Of a stretch of DNA of 64,000 bases, positions 1-12,479 are shown piece by piece; within the stretch, counting starts at the first letter, position 1; each line of letters opens with the position of its first letter. The notes under the pieces were generated by a model. That model was not told the origin of the DNA. It worked only from the letters and a program-made list of their open reading frames with translations, and made no database searches. The position numbers and the translations under genes are program-made. Origin of the DNA: Eledone cirrhosa. Lineage: Eukaryota. Location of the stretch: the NCBI GenBank assembly GCA_964016885.1, contig OZ024742.1, positions 51,460,001-51,524,000 on the forward strand, given 5' to 3'.

Positions 1-330
1 ATCCGGTTATCTATTTGTAAAGAACTAGCTAGTTCTTTAGCTTCTTTATTGATAGTATTGTAGCTATTATTATTAGTTAATTGATATTTATTGGTAATAC
101 TATTAGTTAAAAGTTGGTTATACAAATTACTATTAACTTCAAAGAGGTTTTTGGTTTTATCAGAAAAAACCAAAAACCAAAAACCTCTTTGAAGTTAATA
201 GTAATTTGTATAACCAACTTTTAACTAATAGTATTACCAATAAATATCAATTAACTAATAATAATAGCTACAATACTATCAATAAAGAAGCTAAAGAACT
301 AGCTAGTTCTTTACAAATAGATAACCGGAT
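1..330. repeat. Perfect inverted repeat (1-158 vs 173-330, 14-nt spacer) at the 5' end of the PLE; probably continues beyond the window edge
   Basis: Base-by-base reverse complement: atccggttat...aaagaggtttttggtttt / aaaaccaaaaacctcttt...ataaccggat. Confidence 0.95.
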
Positions 331-1963
331 TGAAAGCTTAGCTAAGCGTAAAGCATATATTACCCTTAAAGACCATAAATTGGACTTTACTAATCGACCT
401 AGTTGTAGACTGATTAACCCGGCTAAATCCGAGGTTGGCCTTGCTAGTAAGAAAATCTTAAGAAAAATAATTATCCAAATTAGAACTAACACTGTCCTTT
501 CACAGTGGCTAAATACTTCCTCTGTTATTTCTTGGTTCAATAATATACAAGGTAAAAATAAGTGTAGATTTACGCAATTTGATATTGTCGATTTTTACCC
601 TTCTATTACCGTTTCCTTATTAACTAAAGCCTTAGATTTTGCAAGACCCTTCATTAATATCTCCAAATTAGAAGAGGACATTATCTTTCATGCCAGAAAA
701 ACTTTACTTTTTACTAATGATAAGATTTGGGTTAAAAAGTCAAACCCTGAAAACTCTTTCGATGTTGCAATGGGTTCTTATGACAGTGCGGATGTGTGCG
801 ACTTAGTAGGATTATTCCTTCTCCACACACTCAAAGAGAAATTTCCGTCCCATAATATCGGTTTATACCGTGATGACGGATTAGCAGTTTCTCATACCAC
901 CAATGGCCATAATCTTGATAAATTCCGTAAAGATTTAATTAGTACCTTTGCTAATCTTAACCTTAAAATTACTATAGATACGAACCTTACTAATGCTAAC
1001 TTTCTTGATATTAATCTTGATCTACTTACTGCCTCTTTTAAACCCTATCATAAACCTAATGAAAATCTTAGGTATATACACAAAGAGTCTTGCCATCCCC
1101 CTATAGTTTTTAATAATCTTATTCCTAACATTAGCCGTAGGATTTCTACTTTATCTTCGTCTATAGACATTTTTAATAAAGCCGCCCCTTATTATAATAA
1201 AGCCCTTAAGAACAGCGGTTTTACAGAAAATATTTCTTATTTACCTATTCCCCCCCCTAAAACTAACCATAATAACAGGAAAAGGAAGATTATTTGGTTC
1301 ACACCCCCCTTCTCTCTAAATGTCAAAACTAATGTAGGAAGGAAATTCCTTGAACTATTAGACAAACATTTTCCTCCTATTCATAGATATTATAAGATTT
1401 TTAATAGGAATGTAGTTAAGATCAGCTACTCTTGTTGTCCATCCATGAAATCCAAAATCACCAGTTCAAACCGTACGAGGATAAATCCAGGATGCAGTTG
1501 CAGGAAGCCGGATGAATGCCCATTGCAGGGTAAATGTAAAACAAAATCTGTCGTTTATGAGGCTAAAATAACGCCAGTTATCAACAACCAGCCAGCCAGA
1601 AGCGAGCGATATGTCGGTATGACCCAGGACAGGTTTAAAACCAGATTTTACTCACATGTCGCTTCTTTTAAACACTCAGATAAACGAACATCAACGGCCC
1701 TCGCAAGTAAGGTATGGGATCTCAAGGATAGTAATATCCCGTACTCTATTGATTGGTCTATATTAGACCATTCGAGGGAGTACCAAAGGGGCACAAAGAA
1801 TTGTTCTTTGTGTACCACAGAAAAGTATAGGATTTTGCTAAACTTGAGAGACACTTCCGCTTGCCTTAACTCTAAGACTGAGATCTTCAGATGCTGTCCT
1901 CATCTGAAATCGCATCTGATCTGTAACTGGATTGACACTCCTACGATAAATCAACCGCCTTGA
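206..1963 (+). CDS. Penelope-like retroelement polyprotein (RT + C-terminal GIY-YIG endonuclease), Hydra-clade-like, 5'-truncated
   Basis: 585-aa stop-free frame. RT motifs FDIVDFYPSI (A), DVAMGSYDSA (B'), GLYRDDGL (C), NFLDINL. CxC-x5-C linker (CSCRKPDECP), VVY...YVG nuclease motif, C-terminal CSLC...CPH. The TTG start is an artefact of the truncation/inversion. Confidence 0.92.
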   Translation: MYNQLLTNSITNKYQLTNNNSYNTINKEAKELASSLQIDNRIESLAKRKAYITLKDHKLDFTNRPSCRLINPAKSEVGLASKKILRKIIIQIRTNTVLSQWLNTSSVISWFNNIQGKNKCRFTQFDIVDFYPSITVSLLTKALDFARPFINISKLEEDIIFHARKTLLFTNDKIWVKKSNPENSFDVAMGSYDSADVCDLVGLFLLHTLKEKFPSHNIGLYRDDGLAVSHTTNGHNLDKFRKDLISTFANLNLKITIDTNLTNANFLDINLDLLTASFKPYHKPNENLRYIHKESCHPPIVFNNLIPNISRRISTLSSSIDIFNKAAPYYNKALKNSGFTENISYLPIPPPKTNHNNRKRKIIWFTPPFSLNVKTNVGRKFLELLDKHFPPIHRYYKIFNRNVVKISYSCCPSMKSKITSSNRTRINPGCSCRKPDECPLQGKCKTKSVVYEAKITPVINNQPARSERYVGMTQDRFKTRFYSHVASFKHSDKRTSTALASKVWDLKDSNIPYSIDWSILDHSREYQRGTKNCSLCTTEKYRILLNLRDTSACLNSKTEIFRCCPHLKSHLICNWIDTPTINQPP

Positions 1964-2129
1964 ACTCCTTCTCTGCTCTTTACTTTTGCTACGGCCTTTA
2001 TTTTGCTGCTTCTACCTTCTGTACTCTTGTTTTTAAAAATATTTTTTTCTCCCTTACCTCCCTTTATATTTTTACCTCCTCTAGGCCCCCCACCCCATAT
2101 ATTCTTTTTGTTTTGCCCTTCACATACCT

Positions 2130-2859
2130 ATGTGTATGTGTATGTATTTTTGTGTGTATATATGTATATGTGTACGTGTATGTTTGTGTATGTATATGTA
2201 TGTGTATGTATGTATGTATATGTATGTGTGTGTATATGTGTGTATGTATATATGTCTGTATGTATATATATGTATATATGTACATATATATATATATGTA
2301 TATATATATATGTGTGTGTGCGTGTCTGTATGTGTGTATATATTTGTATATTTCATTCTGAAGATTGAAGGAAACTTTTTTTGCTTTTAAGAAACCTCTG
2401 GTGAATGGATTAATTGCCTTGTATGGCTTTATTACTTTACTACTATATATACGTTTATGTAAGGTTCATTTGTCTTATCTAATACTGAGCTTTACACATA
2501 CACACATGTATATGTGTGTGTGTATGTGTATGCATGTGTGTATGTGTACGTGTATGTGTGTATATATATGTATGTATATATATATTTGTGTATATGTATG
2601 TGTGTGTATATATATGTACATGTGTGTATGTATATGTATGTGTATGTATGTATATGTTGCGTGTGTTTTTATTTATTTTTATGTATGTGTGGGTTTGTGT
2701 GTGGGTGTGTGTGTGTGTGTATATATGTGTGTGTGTTTGTATTTGGTTGTGCGTTCTTTTGATATATACGTATTTGCATGTGTATAATTGTTTAGCTATG
2801 TATGTATATGTGTGTTTACGTATTTATATGTGTGTGTGCGTTTATATTTTTATATTTTG

Positions 2860-2896
<37 letters not shown>

Positions 2897-3333
2897 GTGT
2901 GTGTGTGTGTATATAATTACATATACATGTGTGTGTTTATATTGTATACGTGTACGTGTTTGCGTATGTATGTGTATGTACGTATTTGTATATGTATATT
3001 TATGTGTGAGAGTGTGTGTATGTGTTTACTATTTCGAACGTATGTATATGTGCTTATGTGTGTATTACTTACCACGCGTGTCTGTCCTGTTAGCTGGGGC
3101 ATGTATCGCTGTCAAATATTTGTTAATATTATTTATATATTTTTTTCTTATATTTATTTGCGTGTGTTGATATGTAGTGGAGTGCATTCATGTATATGTA
3201 TGTATGTATGTACGTTGTATGTTTGTGTGAATGTATGTATATGTGTGTGTATATATATGTGTGTGTGTATGTGTAGGCTTGTACACACACATGTGTGTGT
3301 GTGTGTATGTATATGTGTATATGTGTGTATATG

Positions 3334-3381
<48 letters not shown>

Positions 3382-3544
3382 GATATGTACATGTGTATGT
3401 ATATGTGTGTGTGTGTGTATATATGTGTGTGTGTGTGTGTGTGCGTGTGTATGTATGAATATATGTATGTGTATATGTGTGTATATATATGTGTATGTGT
3501 GTGTAGGTGTACGCTCTTTATATATATATATGTGTATGTATGTG

Positions 3545-3589
<45 letters not shown>

Positions 3590-3690
3590 GTATGTGTATG
3601 TGTATATGTGTATGCGTGCAAATTATATGTGTATATATGTGTGTGTGTGTAAGTATGCTTTTGTGTTTTTTTGTGTGTGTTTGCATGTGT
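2130..3690. repeat. Cryptic (TG/TA) microsatellite-rich PLE 3' region / pLTR
   Basis: Degenerate tgtatatgtg repeats around and between the two HHR-bearing direct repeats. Confidence 0.85.
2352..2409 (+). ncRNA. Type I minimal hammerhead ribozyme, probably inactive (GUG at the cleavage triplet)
   Basis: ttcatt-CTGAAGA-ttgaagg..cttttaa-GAAA-cc tct gg-TG-aatgga. Confidence 0.7.
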
Positions 3691-3799
3691 AGTTTTATTT
3701 TATTTTATTTTTCCTTTCCTTCTCCCTTTTCCAGCCTCACTTTCATATAGATTGCATTTTCGTTTTTAGAATCCATATTCAATAAACAAACCAGGATTT

Positions 3800-3857
3800 T
3801 TCATTCTGAGGATTGAAAGCAAAACCTTTTGCTTTTAAGAAACCACTGGTAAATGGA
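3800..3857 (+). ncRNA. Type I minimal hammerhead ribozyme (canonical core, GUA cleavage site)
   Basis: ttcatt-CTGAGGA-ttgaaagcaaaa cc ttttgcttttaa-GAAA-cc act gg-TA-aatgga; all three helices pair. Confidence 0.85.
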
Positions 3858-3884
3858 ATAATTGCCTTATGTTGTTTATTACAT

Positions 3885-4009
<125 letters not shown>

Positions 4010-4356
4010 CCATGTTTAGCTCATGACATGGTATGTGCTAACAAAGGGAAAACTTTCGATAGATATGGCAGGTTAGCTTGGGAGGTTATGTTATATTTGA
4101 CACTGTAAACTGTGGTAGTAATGCTATATTTTTAGTTTTATTAATAGTAAATAAAAATCTTGAAAAGTACATTTAAAAATAGGGGTTGGAATACGGGTGG
4201 GGTACTTACAGAAAACCGCTCTGCCTGGAGTAGCAGGAACACATGGCGAGGGCCTGCTTAACAAAATAAGGGTTGTTCCTTCAGTTCACTGGCAGTGATC
4301 AGCTGAAACAGTAAATCACCGCCGTTGTATGCTGAGTAAAGAGAACAAAATATCAA

Positions 4357-4552
4357 TAATAATAATTGTTTCTAATTTAGGCACAAGGCCAGCAATTACT
4401 AGTGCATTACAGGTACTTTATTTTATCGACCCCGTAAGGATGAAAGGCAAAGTCAACCTCGGCGGGATTTGAACTCAGGTCATAAAGGGACGTAACTATG
4501 CTGGAAAGCATGGCGTCCGACTTTCTACCGATACTGCCAATCCACCGCCCTT
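4357..4552 (-). mobile_element. tRNA-derived SINE (family A), full length
   Basis: Minus strand has a tRNA-like head ggcggtggattggcagtatcgg (A box) and gagttcaaatc (B box), the shared core cccgccgaggttgactttgcctttcatcc, and an att-rich tail. Confidence 0.88.
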
Positions 4553-7500
4553 TAGTATTGTATTTTCCTTGGCATTAACCAAAGATAATTGAAGAATATG
4601 TGACTAAAGTAGCTTAATCATTACCATCCTGTCCCCAGCCATGCACAGCGTTCCGCTTGTCATCACTCCTGATTTCAATCACTCTCAGACCTCGTTCTGT
4701 TATGTAGTCAATCATTCTTGCTCAGAAACGATGCGCTCCTTTATAGCCAACCGGCTTATATCATTCCGAATAGCTCAGGCCTGTAGCCGATCTCAGTAAA
4801 CAGAAATCGTTTGTTTTCGTGAATCGTTGATTAATTGCAGAGACAATGTCATCCAGCACGTATTTCGTTTTGTAAAGTTTGAGTTACAATTACTATTCAA
4901 CAACACTTCCATTGTTCTGTCAGCAACAATGATGGATTTTACACGATGTATACTGCAATTTGTGTTTATTGTTCAATTATGATGTTGAAGTTGTAGGTTC
5001 CGTAAGTAAACTAAATAATTGTGTACAACGACAAAATAACCAGGGAGATATACAATCAAATTCAATGTAATTGCTTGAGGAATCACATGTTTCCTGTCAC
5101 CGCATAAATCATAGTTTATCACTTTAAATAAGATAGTTGAGTAGCAAAATCTCTTGAGTGAACAACAATTGATGAGGCTGGCTTTAGAGCTGATATCTAA
5201 AGAACGTTACACTGTGGTATTGTAGTTTCAGATTGTATACTGAATGTAACATTGTCCAGTTTCAATTGCGTGAAATAAATTGATAACACATTTCTAAGTG
5301 AATTTAGCTATGTATATGCTAAGGGCTTCTGTGTATCAGGTTCTTAATTCAACCACAACCAATATTGAACTCAGTCTGAATGATTCTTATAAAAGGAATA
5401 ATTGTTATTTTAAATTCTTACTTCATATTTTAAGCGTGAAAGCCTTTTAAGTACGAACAAACCCAGAGTAGAGAAGTCTGATGTCGTGAAACACATAGAA
5501 ACTCTATTCAGCATCTATTTTAAAATGCAAATCAGAGTAAATTAACTAATATAAAAACATTTATTTCCCAGTCGCCGTTGGTAAAACGTGTATACAGTTG
5601 AAATTAAGGAGATATGGATTTGTGTTCTTTACAATATGATTCAATTATCACATAATTCAATCTATTGGTTTCTTAAGGAATATTTTATTTGATAAAAGAG
5701 GTGAAAGAATGGCATTCATTATTGGAAATCCATAAGAAAAATGACATCCAGATTGTTTGATATTTTTTATAGTAAACTAATAGATATACAAAAGGGTAAA
5801 TTCATTCCAACTTTGCTCAATATTCTAATGTCTGACTATGCCCTCATCGGCGATTATATACATACATACACACAAACAAACAAACATACATACATACATA
5901 CATACATACATACATACATACATACATACATACATACATGCATACATACATATGTGTGAACATGTACAGATACAAAACATGCATATCCACAGATATAACT
6001 CAAGACATACACATCCACAGATTCAATAACATCCATACCAGCACCCGCACGCACGCATGCGGACATGCGGACATATCTACACATCTACACATCTAAACTG
6101 TTGACAGAGGTCTGGAGATCCGTTCATATACACTTATTGGTGGATTTATAGGGCATGGGGGTGTAAAAGAGGTTTAGGTATAGAGGGTGGGTATAAAGGT
6201 GAAATTTAAAAATGTAAAGACATAAATGGTAGAGGATGTAAAATGTAAGTATATATGATATTAAAGAACCCTAAATTATTAATTTTATTACCACTACCAC
6301 AATCAATGTACCAGGTACTGAACTTCGCTACCTTTGAACAATAGCTTGTTGGTGTTCGTTGTTGTTGTTATTGTCGACAATAATACTAACGCACCCATAA
6401 AGACTTCCATCATACAAAGAACCTCAGCTGAACACCGATAAAATCTTGCCGTAGCTACAAACTAAGTATTCGTTGTAAATACCACTCTTAATGACAATTT
6501 GGACTGTTGTTATTGTTGGTGTCGATGCCAAAGATATTATATTTCAAAACAGACCTCTTAGACCTTGTCATCAATTGTATCCCTTCTATACTTTTACACG
6601 TATCCATTAATTTTCTCCTTTATTTCTTTTATTTCTTTTACTATATTACAACTATCATCATCATCATCATCATTATAATTGTTATTACTTTTTTTATCTT
6701 CCCCCTTACCAGTACATTTATCTTATTTTATTCTAATTCATCTTTATTATTTTCAATTTATTTAATATTATATTTGTCATTATTATATTTATTAGCAATG
6801 TTCCCTCCTTTTCTCTTACTTTTCTTTTTTTAGCATGTATTTTGCATGTATTTTGCTAGTAAAATCTGTCCAGTGTTTCTTTCCTGGGACATTCTATGCA
6901 CATGTTCTTGATATCGGAGCTTTCATCTCTCACCGTGGAGAGGTAGTCGCAGCACCTGGACTGGCTCTTTTATCTTCGAGCTACGTACTCTAACGAGTAA
7001 CGTTATTTCAACATTTTAAAGCATTCAATGAAATATTTATTTCTTGACATAATGTTAATATTATTAGGTACCGTTTCTGTTCATCTGTATGTGTGTTAAA
7101 AAATCATTCAATTAATCATTCAAACACATAACTGCTTGTCGTAAGAAGATACATTTAAATAATTTCACTTTTTCGATGAAATTTAAACAGAAATCTTATA
7201 ATACTGGTTTATGTTGTGAAGATGATGAGGGTTACATTTATCACTAGACACCCAATTTATTCGAACCAATCAGTTGACGAAATGAAATGATTGACTATCA
7301 GATGCAGTAAACTGGTGTAAATCCAAATATCACCACACCGATATTTAAGAGCAGAACGAAAAACGGTCTTTGTTTTGCAAATCTTTTTATCCAAGGCTCA
7401 AACGATTCTGCCAAACCCAAAGCTCTTTATCCGTGTAAAATAACTTCTGATATTTGGAACAAGACAGAAGGATTGCAATAAATTGGAATACAATATAATG

Positions 7501-8150
7501 CAAATATAAACTAGATTAGTTTCTGCCATTTTATTGATACTGGCAGCAACAAATAACAGTAATGAACGAGGATATCTTACTTGAATTGTGTGTAAGTGCA
7601 TGCGTTCTCTTCTATACCACAATTTTTTTTGTGCGGAAAACTATGTTTAACTAAATTCTTATATCATGTTCACTCGTAATTGAAGTTTATTAAGTTTTCT
7701 TATACGTTTCAAACAAAATTTAACTTCAGTCATTCTAGTTACAATTCATCGTCACTAAGACTCTAGATAAAATATATTTTTAGCTTTAAGAGTTATTACA
7801 GTGATCAGATCAATGAACGGTCTTTATTATTGAAGATAAGATGCAGTCAAATTTAAATCGGTTTCATGTTTGCAATAGCTTAGTCACGCAATTGAATACT
7901 TATATGATCAATATGTTTTCCATACCGACCATATTCTTCACATTGGAGGACAACCAATGTATTCAACTGAAACATACGAAAAAAAGCAAAACACAAATAA
8001 GGCCACAAACAAATCCATTGAAACCTATTGCTACCATAATTCATTTACTTTTATTTATTGTTCATTCATGTGGATTTTCACATAAAAAGTTTGAAGATTA
8101 ATCGTAGAATGGAAATTGTATATAAATACGTACGTGTTTCTATATATGTA

Positions 8151-8203
<53 letters not shown>

Positions 8204-8968
8204 AACGAAAAATCAGTGATGCATCTGAACTCAATTTATTGTGTGTTACAATTGTTTCGCCGGCGGACAGCTGGAGACGCGATCATTGTGTCGATCTGTC
8301 TGATTCTGGACCCGCAGGTTTGACGGACACGTCTAATGATTTCGGGGCATATTCTCTCACTGGGGTATCTGACCCTCTGGGCCAGTACCGTCAAAAACTT
8401 CATCCTCTTCGCGCGTCCTGTGATTGGCCGCTGGTTGTCTACGTCATCATAATTCTGACCACAGGTACTTGTCCGCTGACCATCACGGCGTTAGCTGTCC
8501 CATGTCTGCTACACTTCAATAAATTACTGCTGTGTTTGGTAGTTCACACATCCACGCGCGAACTCACATACGCAGACACACACACACACACACACACAAT
8601 CACATAGATAACGACAGTCGTACGCATAGACTCCGGCTATACACACACATTTAAGGAGAACATATAAACATACGCATACATGCATCCAGAGAGGCACGTA
8701 CATGCACAGACACATGCCCCCATACCTATATATATCAACATACACACACACATGTGCATACACATGCATACGCGTATATATACCCGTACACACAAACACG
8801 TACAGACATATACATAAGGCCCCTTCCACCCACGCACACACGCATACATTCACGTACCCATATACATATATACACGCACAGATACACACTAGCTCGCAAA
8901 CACACATATATATATACACACACAAACAAGCCCTTTCCCTACAGGGGTCTGTCCCTTTATTCTAATAC

Positions 8969-9002
<34 letters not shown>

Positions 9003-9004
<2 letters not shown>

Positions 9005-10395
9005 GTATTAGAATAAAGGGACAGCGAATCAGTGTTGCATCATAACATATTTAAGAACATATCATATGACATGTTTCTCTGTCGATCAGCTCGAGGGACG
9101 ATCTATTATTAATCGAACCTGACTCTGTAATCGAACGATCGTCAGATATGCTTCAATATACAAGCTCGTCTCTGAAGGTGTATGGATCCCTCCCAATACC
9201 TTCTTAATATTTATCTTATTCCACCAACGTGGAGAGAGGAATCAGAAGGTGAGGGGACAAACGGAATAGTATAGAGAGAGAGGAAGGGGGAAGAGGTAGG
9301 AAGTAGAGTGACAAACTGAGATGGAGGAAGTGGTAGAGGTGGAAGGATTCCTTGGTCAGTTCTGATAGCAGACTTCATGTCGTGGAATATAGTGAGTTAA
9401 AGAGAATTAAATTGATTATAGTGGGAGGGATGGATAGAGAGGGAGAGAGAGAGGGCGGAGATATAAAGAGATAAATATATATATGTAAAAAATAAAGATA
9501 AAGATAATAATGACAAAAATGAAAGCAAAGAAGGGGGTGAGAAAGAAGAAAAGAAAAGATAGCCAAGAAGGGGAGGGAAGGAAGGAAGAAAACGTATTAC
9601 ATCGGAGCGACTGGGAACACATTTAAAACCAGTTGGTATACACACCGTTACGCAATGAAACATTCCCAAACAAGACCTGGCAACTGAGGGAAAGTAACCA
9701 ACAATTCACCCTGAAGTGGAAAACATTATCGAACGCTCCCCCATATCGGAGTGGTATAAGAAGCTGTCGATTATGCGACCTTGAGCTGTTCCACATCTTG
9801 AGTTCGAAGAATATTTACTCAACAATAAATCGAAAGATCAATTTATTGTAACCATAGACTCAAAGAGAAGTATTCGCACTACAAATCGAACCTTTAACCT
9901 CTTACTACCAACTGACAAACTGCATATACTTAGACTTTATACCCTCTTGTTGTATCTAAACCCTTTTAATTACCCACAAAACCAATACATATATATCCCT
10001 CTTCTCCCTCATTCCTCTTCTATTTCTTCGTTTTCTTCCTTTCTTCCCTCCCCTTCTTGGCTATCTTTTCTTTTCTTCTTTCTCACCCCCTTCTTTGCTT
10101 TTATTTTTATCATTATTATCTTTATCTTTATTTATTATATATATATATTTATCTCTTTATATCTCCGCCCTCTCTCTCTCCCTCTCTATCCATCCCTCCC
10201 AATATGATCAATTTAATTCTCTTTAACTCACTACATTCCACGACATGAAGTCTGCTATCAAAACTGACCAAGGAATCCTTCCACCTCTACCCCTTTCCTC
10301 CATCTCAGTTTGTCACTCTACTTCCTATCTCTTCCCCCTTCCTCTCTCTCTATACTATTCCGTTTGTCCCCTCACCTTCTGATTCCTCTCTCTCT
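9003..10395. mobile_element. Fold-back PLE (Hydra-like) insertion: ~360-bp inverted arms 9232-9594 / 10029-10392 around a GIY-YIG C-terminal fragment
   Basis: Arms are reverse complements. Core 9633-9890 (+) encodes WQLRE..FTLKW..PY....CRLCDLE, homologous to the end of ORF 206-1963. Confidence 0.85.
9063..9150 (-). ncRNA. Type I hammerhead ribozyme in a PLE 3' arm
   Basis: Minus strand: catat-CTGACGA-tcgttcgat...atcgacaga-GAAA-catg-TC-atatg (palindromic CAUG helix III, GUC site). Confidence 0.78.
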
Positions 10396-10749
10396 ATACT
10401 AGTAAATACAATTCCAAATAAATGTTTTTCTCTATATATTAAGAATTATTTCAAGAGTAACTTACTCACTATTTTGAAAATTTGGACTGTGAACAACAAT
10501 TATAATTGAGTGGCTGCTTTTTGCAGTATAGCAATATAAGGTTGCACTTACCAATGAAACGGTCGTAAATACCTGCATAAAACTCTTCTCTTAATGCTTA
10601 CCTGTGTTTTCTCTTGTATACTTTATACTCCAAGATTAAACGGAATTCTTACAAACTTGTGGAGTTACCCCTAACCGTACGTTGAAAACATCCATGAAAC
10701 TGGCTTTCTTAACCAAGAAGTGGATCACAATAAGCAATTTTTTGCTTCT

Positions 10750-10845
<96 letters not shown>

Positions 10846-10847
<2 letters not shown>

Positions 10848-10880
10848 TAGCAGTTTAGTCCGGCGTTGGTCGGGTTTGTT
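10846..10880 (-). mobile_element. Helitron-like 3' terminus
   Basis: Minus strand: imperfect hairpin ccgaccaacgccgg followed by ..ctgCTAG-T next to (TA)n. Confidence 0.4.
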
Positions 10881-11314
10881 CATTTGCTATGAAAATTTGC
10901 ATACAGTTTGACGTGGCTTGAAAGCGAATAAGCTTATCAATTAAGTGCATAAATGGACAATCAATGATGGGTTAATAATCTTCCAATACCGAATTTAGCA
11001 GACCAAAGTTGCAAGATGGATGCCCTGATGCCGCTGGGTGTCAGATCTGTCCGCCATGGGTGACCCTACTATGATATAGTTTTCCAGACGGCATAGCTCC
11101 AACATCTCCAAAACCTGCATCAGCATCTAAAGCACCTCTTTGTAGACGATATTGCCTGTCATCCTTTGAGGAGTGTAAGCAAAATGTCCATTCCTGCTCC
11201 CTACGCGGGAACAGGCAAAATAATGTTGGCCATGGGAGAAGATGGCTCCTCCAAATGGATGCCCGCCACCGACAATGTTTGCCCTTGTGACTTGTTAATG
11301 GACATGGCAAAATA

Positions 11315-11918
11315 TGGTTTCAAATCCCACCGAGTTCAAATCCCACCGAGGTTAACTTTGCCTTTCATCCTTATGGGGTCGATAAAATAAAGTACCAGTA
11401 ATGCACTGGGATAATTGCTGGCCTTGTGCCTAAAGTAGAAACAATTATTATTTAAAGGGTGGTGAATTGGCAGTATCGGTAGAGGGTCGGACATGCTTTC
11501 CAGCATAGTTACGTCCTTTTACGATCTGAGTTCAAATCCCGCTGAGGTTAACTTTGCCTTTCATCTTACGAGGTCGATAAAATAAAGTACCAGTAATGTA
11601 CTGGTATAATTGCTGGCCTTGTGTCAAAAGTAGAAACTATTATTATTTAAAGGTGTTCTACTATTATTGGTGTTGAAACTATTATTATTCTTGTTCCCAT
11701 TAACTAATGTATTGGTATTATTATTGCGGTGAATTGGCAGTATCGGTAGAGGGTCGGACGCCATGCTTTGACGTATAGAGTTACGGCACTTGCCATTCTG
11801 AGTTCAAATCCCGCCAAGGTTAACTTTGTCTTTCATCCTTACGGGGTCGATAAAATAAAGTACCAGTAATGCACTGGGTATTTGCTGGCCTTGTGCCTAA
11901 TGTAGAAACAATTATTAT
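11315..11918 (+). mobile_element. Three tandem SINE family A copies (partial 11315-11450, 11456-11645, 11727-11918)
   Basis: Repeated ggtgaattggcagtatcggtagagggtcgga...gagttcaaatccc...ctttcatccttacggggtcgataaaataaagtacc. Confidence 0.88.
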
Positions 11919-11924
11919 TGCCGT

Positions 11925-12185
11925 GACCACAATTTAACACTTAAATTAAGGTCAAGGCTAAATATATGGAAAGGCACCAGTGAAGTCATAGATTGGTTCA
12001 ATATAATCAAAAATATAAATAATTATAAGTTCATTCAAATGGATATAGCGAGTTATTATTCCTCGATGTCTCCTAATCTATTAAATAAGGCGCTAGCATA
12101 TGCATATAAACACACGGACCTATCTAGTGATCAGATACATCTTATATTAACAGCAAGGCGAACTTTGATTGATTTTAATAATGGT
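11925..12185 (+). pseudogene. Hydra-type PLE RT fragment
   Basis: VIDWFN..KFIQMDIASYYSSMSPNLLNKALAYA..LILTARRTL aligns with WFNN..FTQFDIVDFYPSITVSLLTKALDFA..ARKTL of ORF 206-1963. Confidence 0.7.
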
Positions 12186-12365
12186 TTCTACATTTGGCAC
12201 AAGGCCAGCAATTACCCAGTACATTACTGGTACTTTATTTTATCGACCTCTGTATGGATGAAAGGCAAAGTTAACCTCGGCGGGATTTGAACTCAGATCG
12301 TAAAGGGACGTAACTATGCTGGAAAGCATTCCTACCCTCTACCGATACTGCCAATTCACCGCCCT
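12183..12365 (-). mobile_element. SINE family A
   Basis: Same sequence as 4357-4552. Confidence 0.85.
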
Positions 12366-12479
12366 AGAGACATATGTGTGTATCCTCATCCTTCCTTCTA
12401 GACACTCATACATTTACACAAACACACACACACACATTTGTGACGGACGATTGGACAGAAGTCGCTCAAATATATATAC

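Noticed and set aside
4600-5000. Minus-strand VLDDIVSAINQRF motif reminiscent of hAT transposase
   Set aside because: A single short motif among many stops; not enough support.
6380-6990. KEPQLNT motif followed by a T-rich tract, a possible PLE 3' end
   Set aside because: Too short and degenerate; no intact HHR or partner arm confirmed.
8200-8650. GC-richer island with GAAA-caattg-TA on the minus strand (HHR 3' half)
   Set aside because: No matching CUGANGA-type core with a pairing helix I was found.
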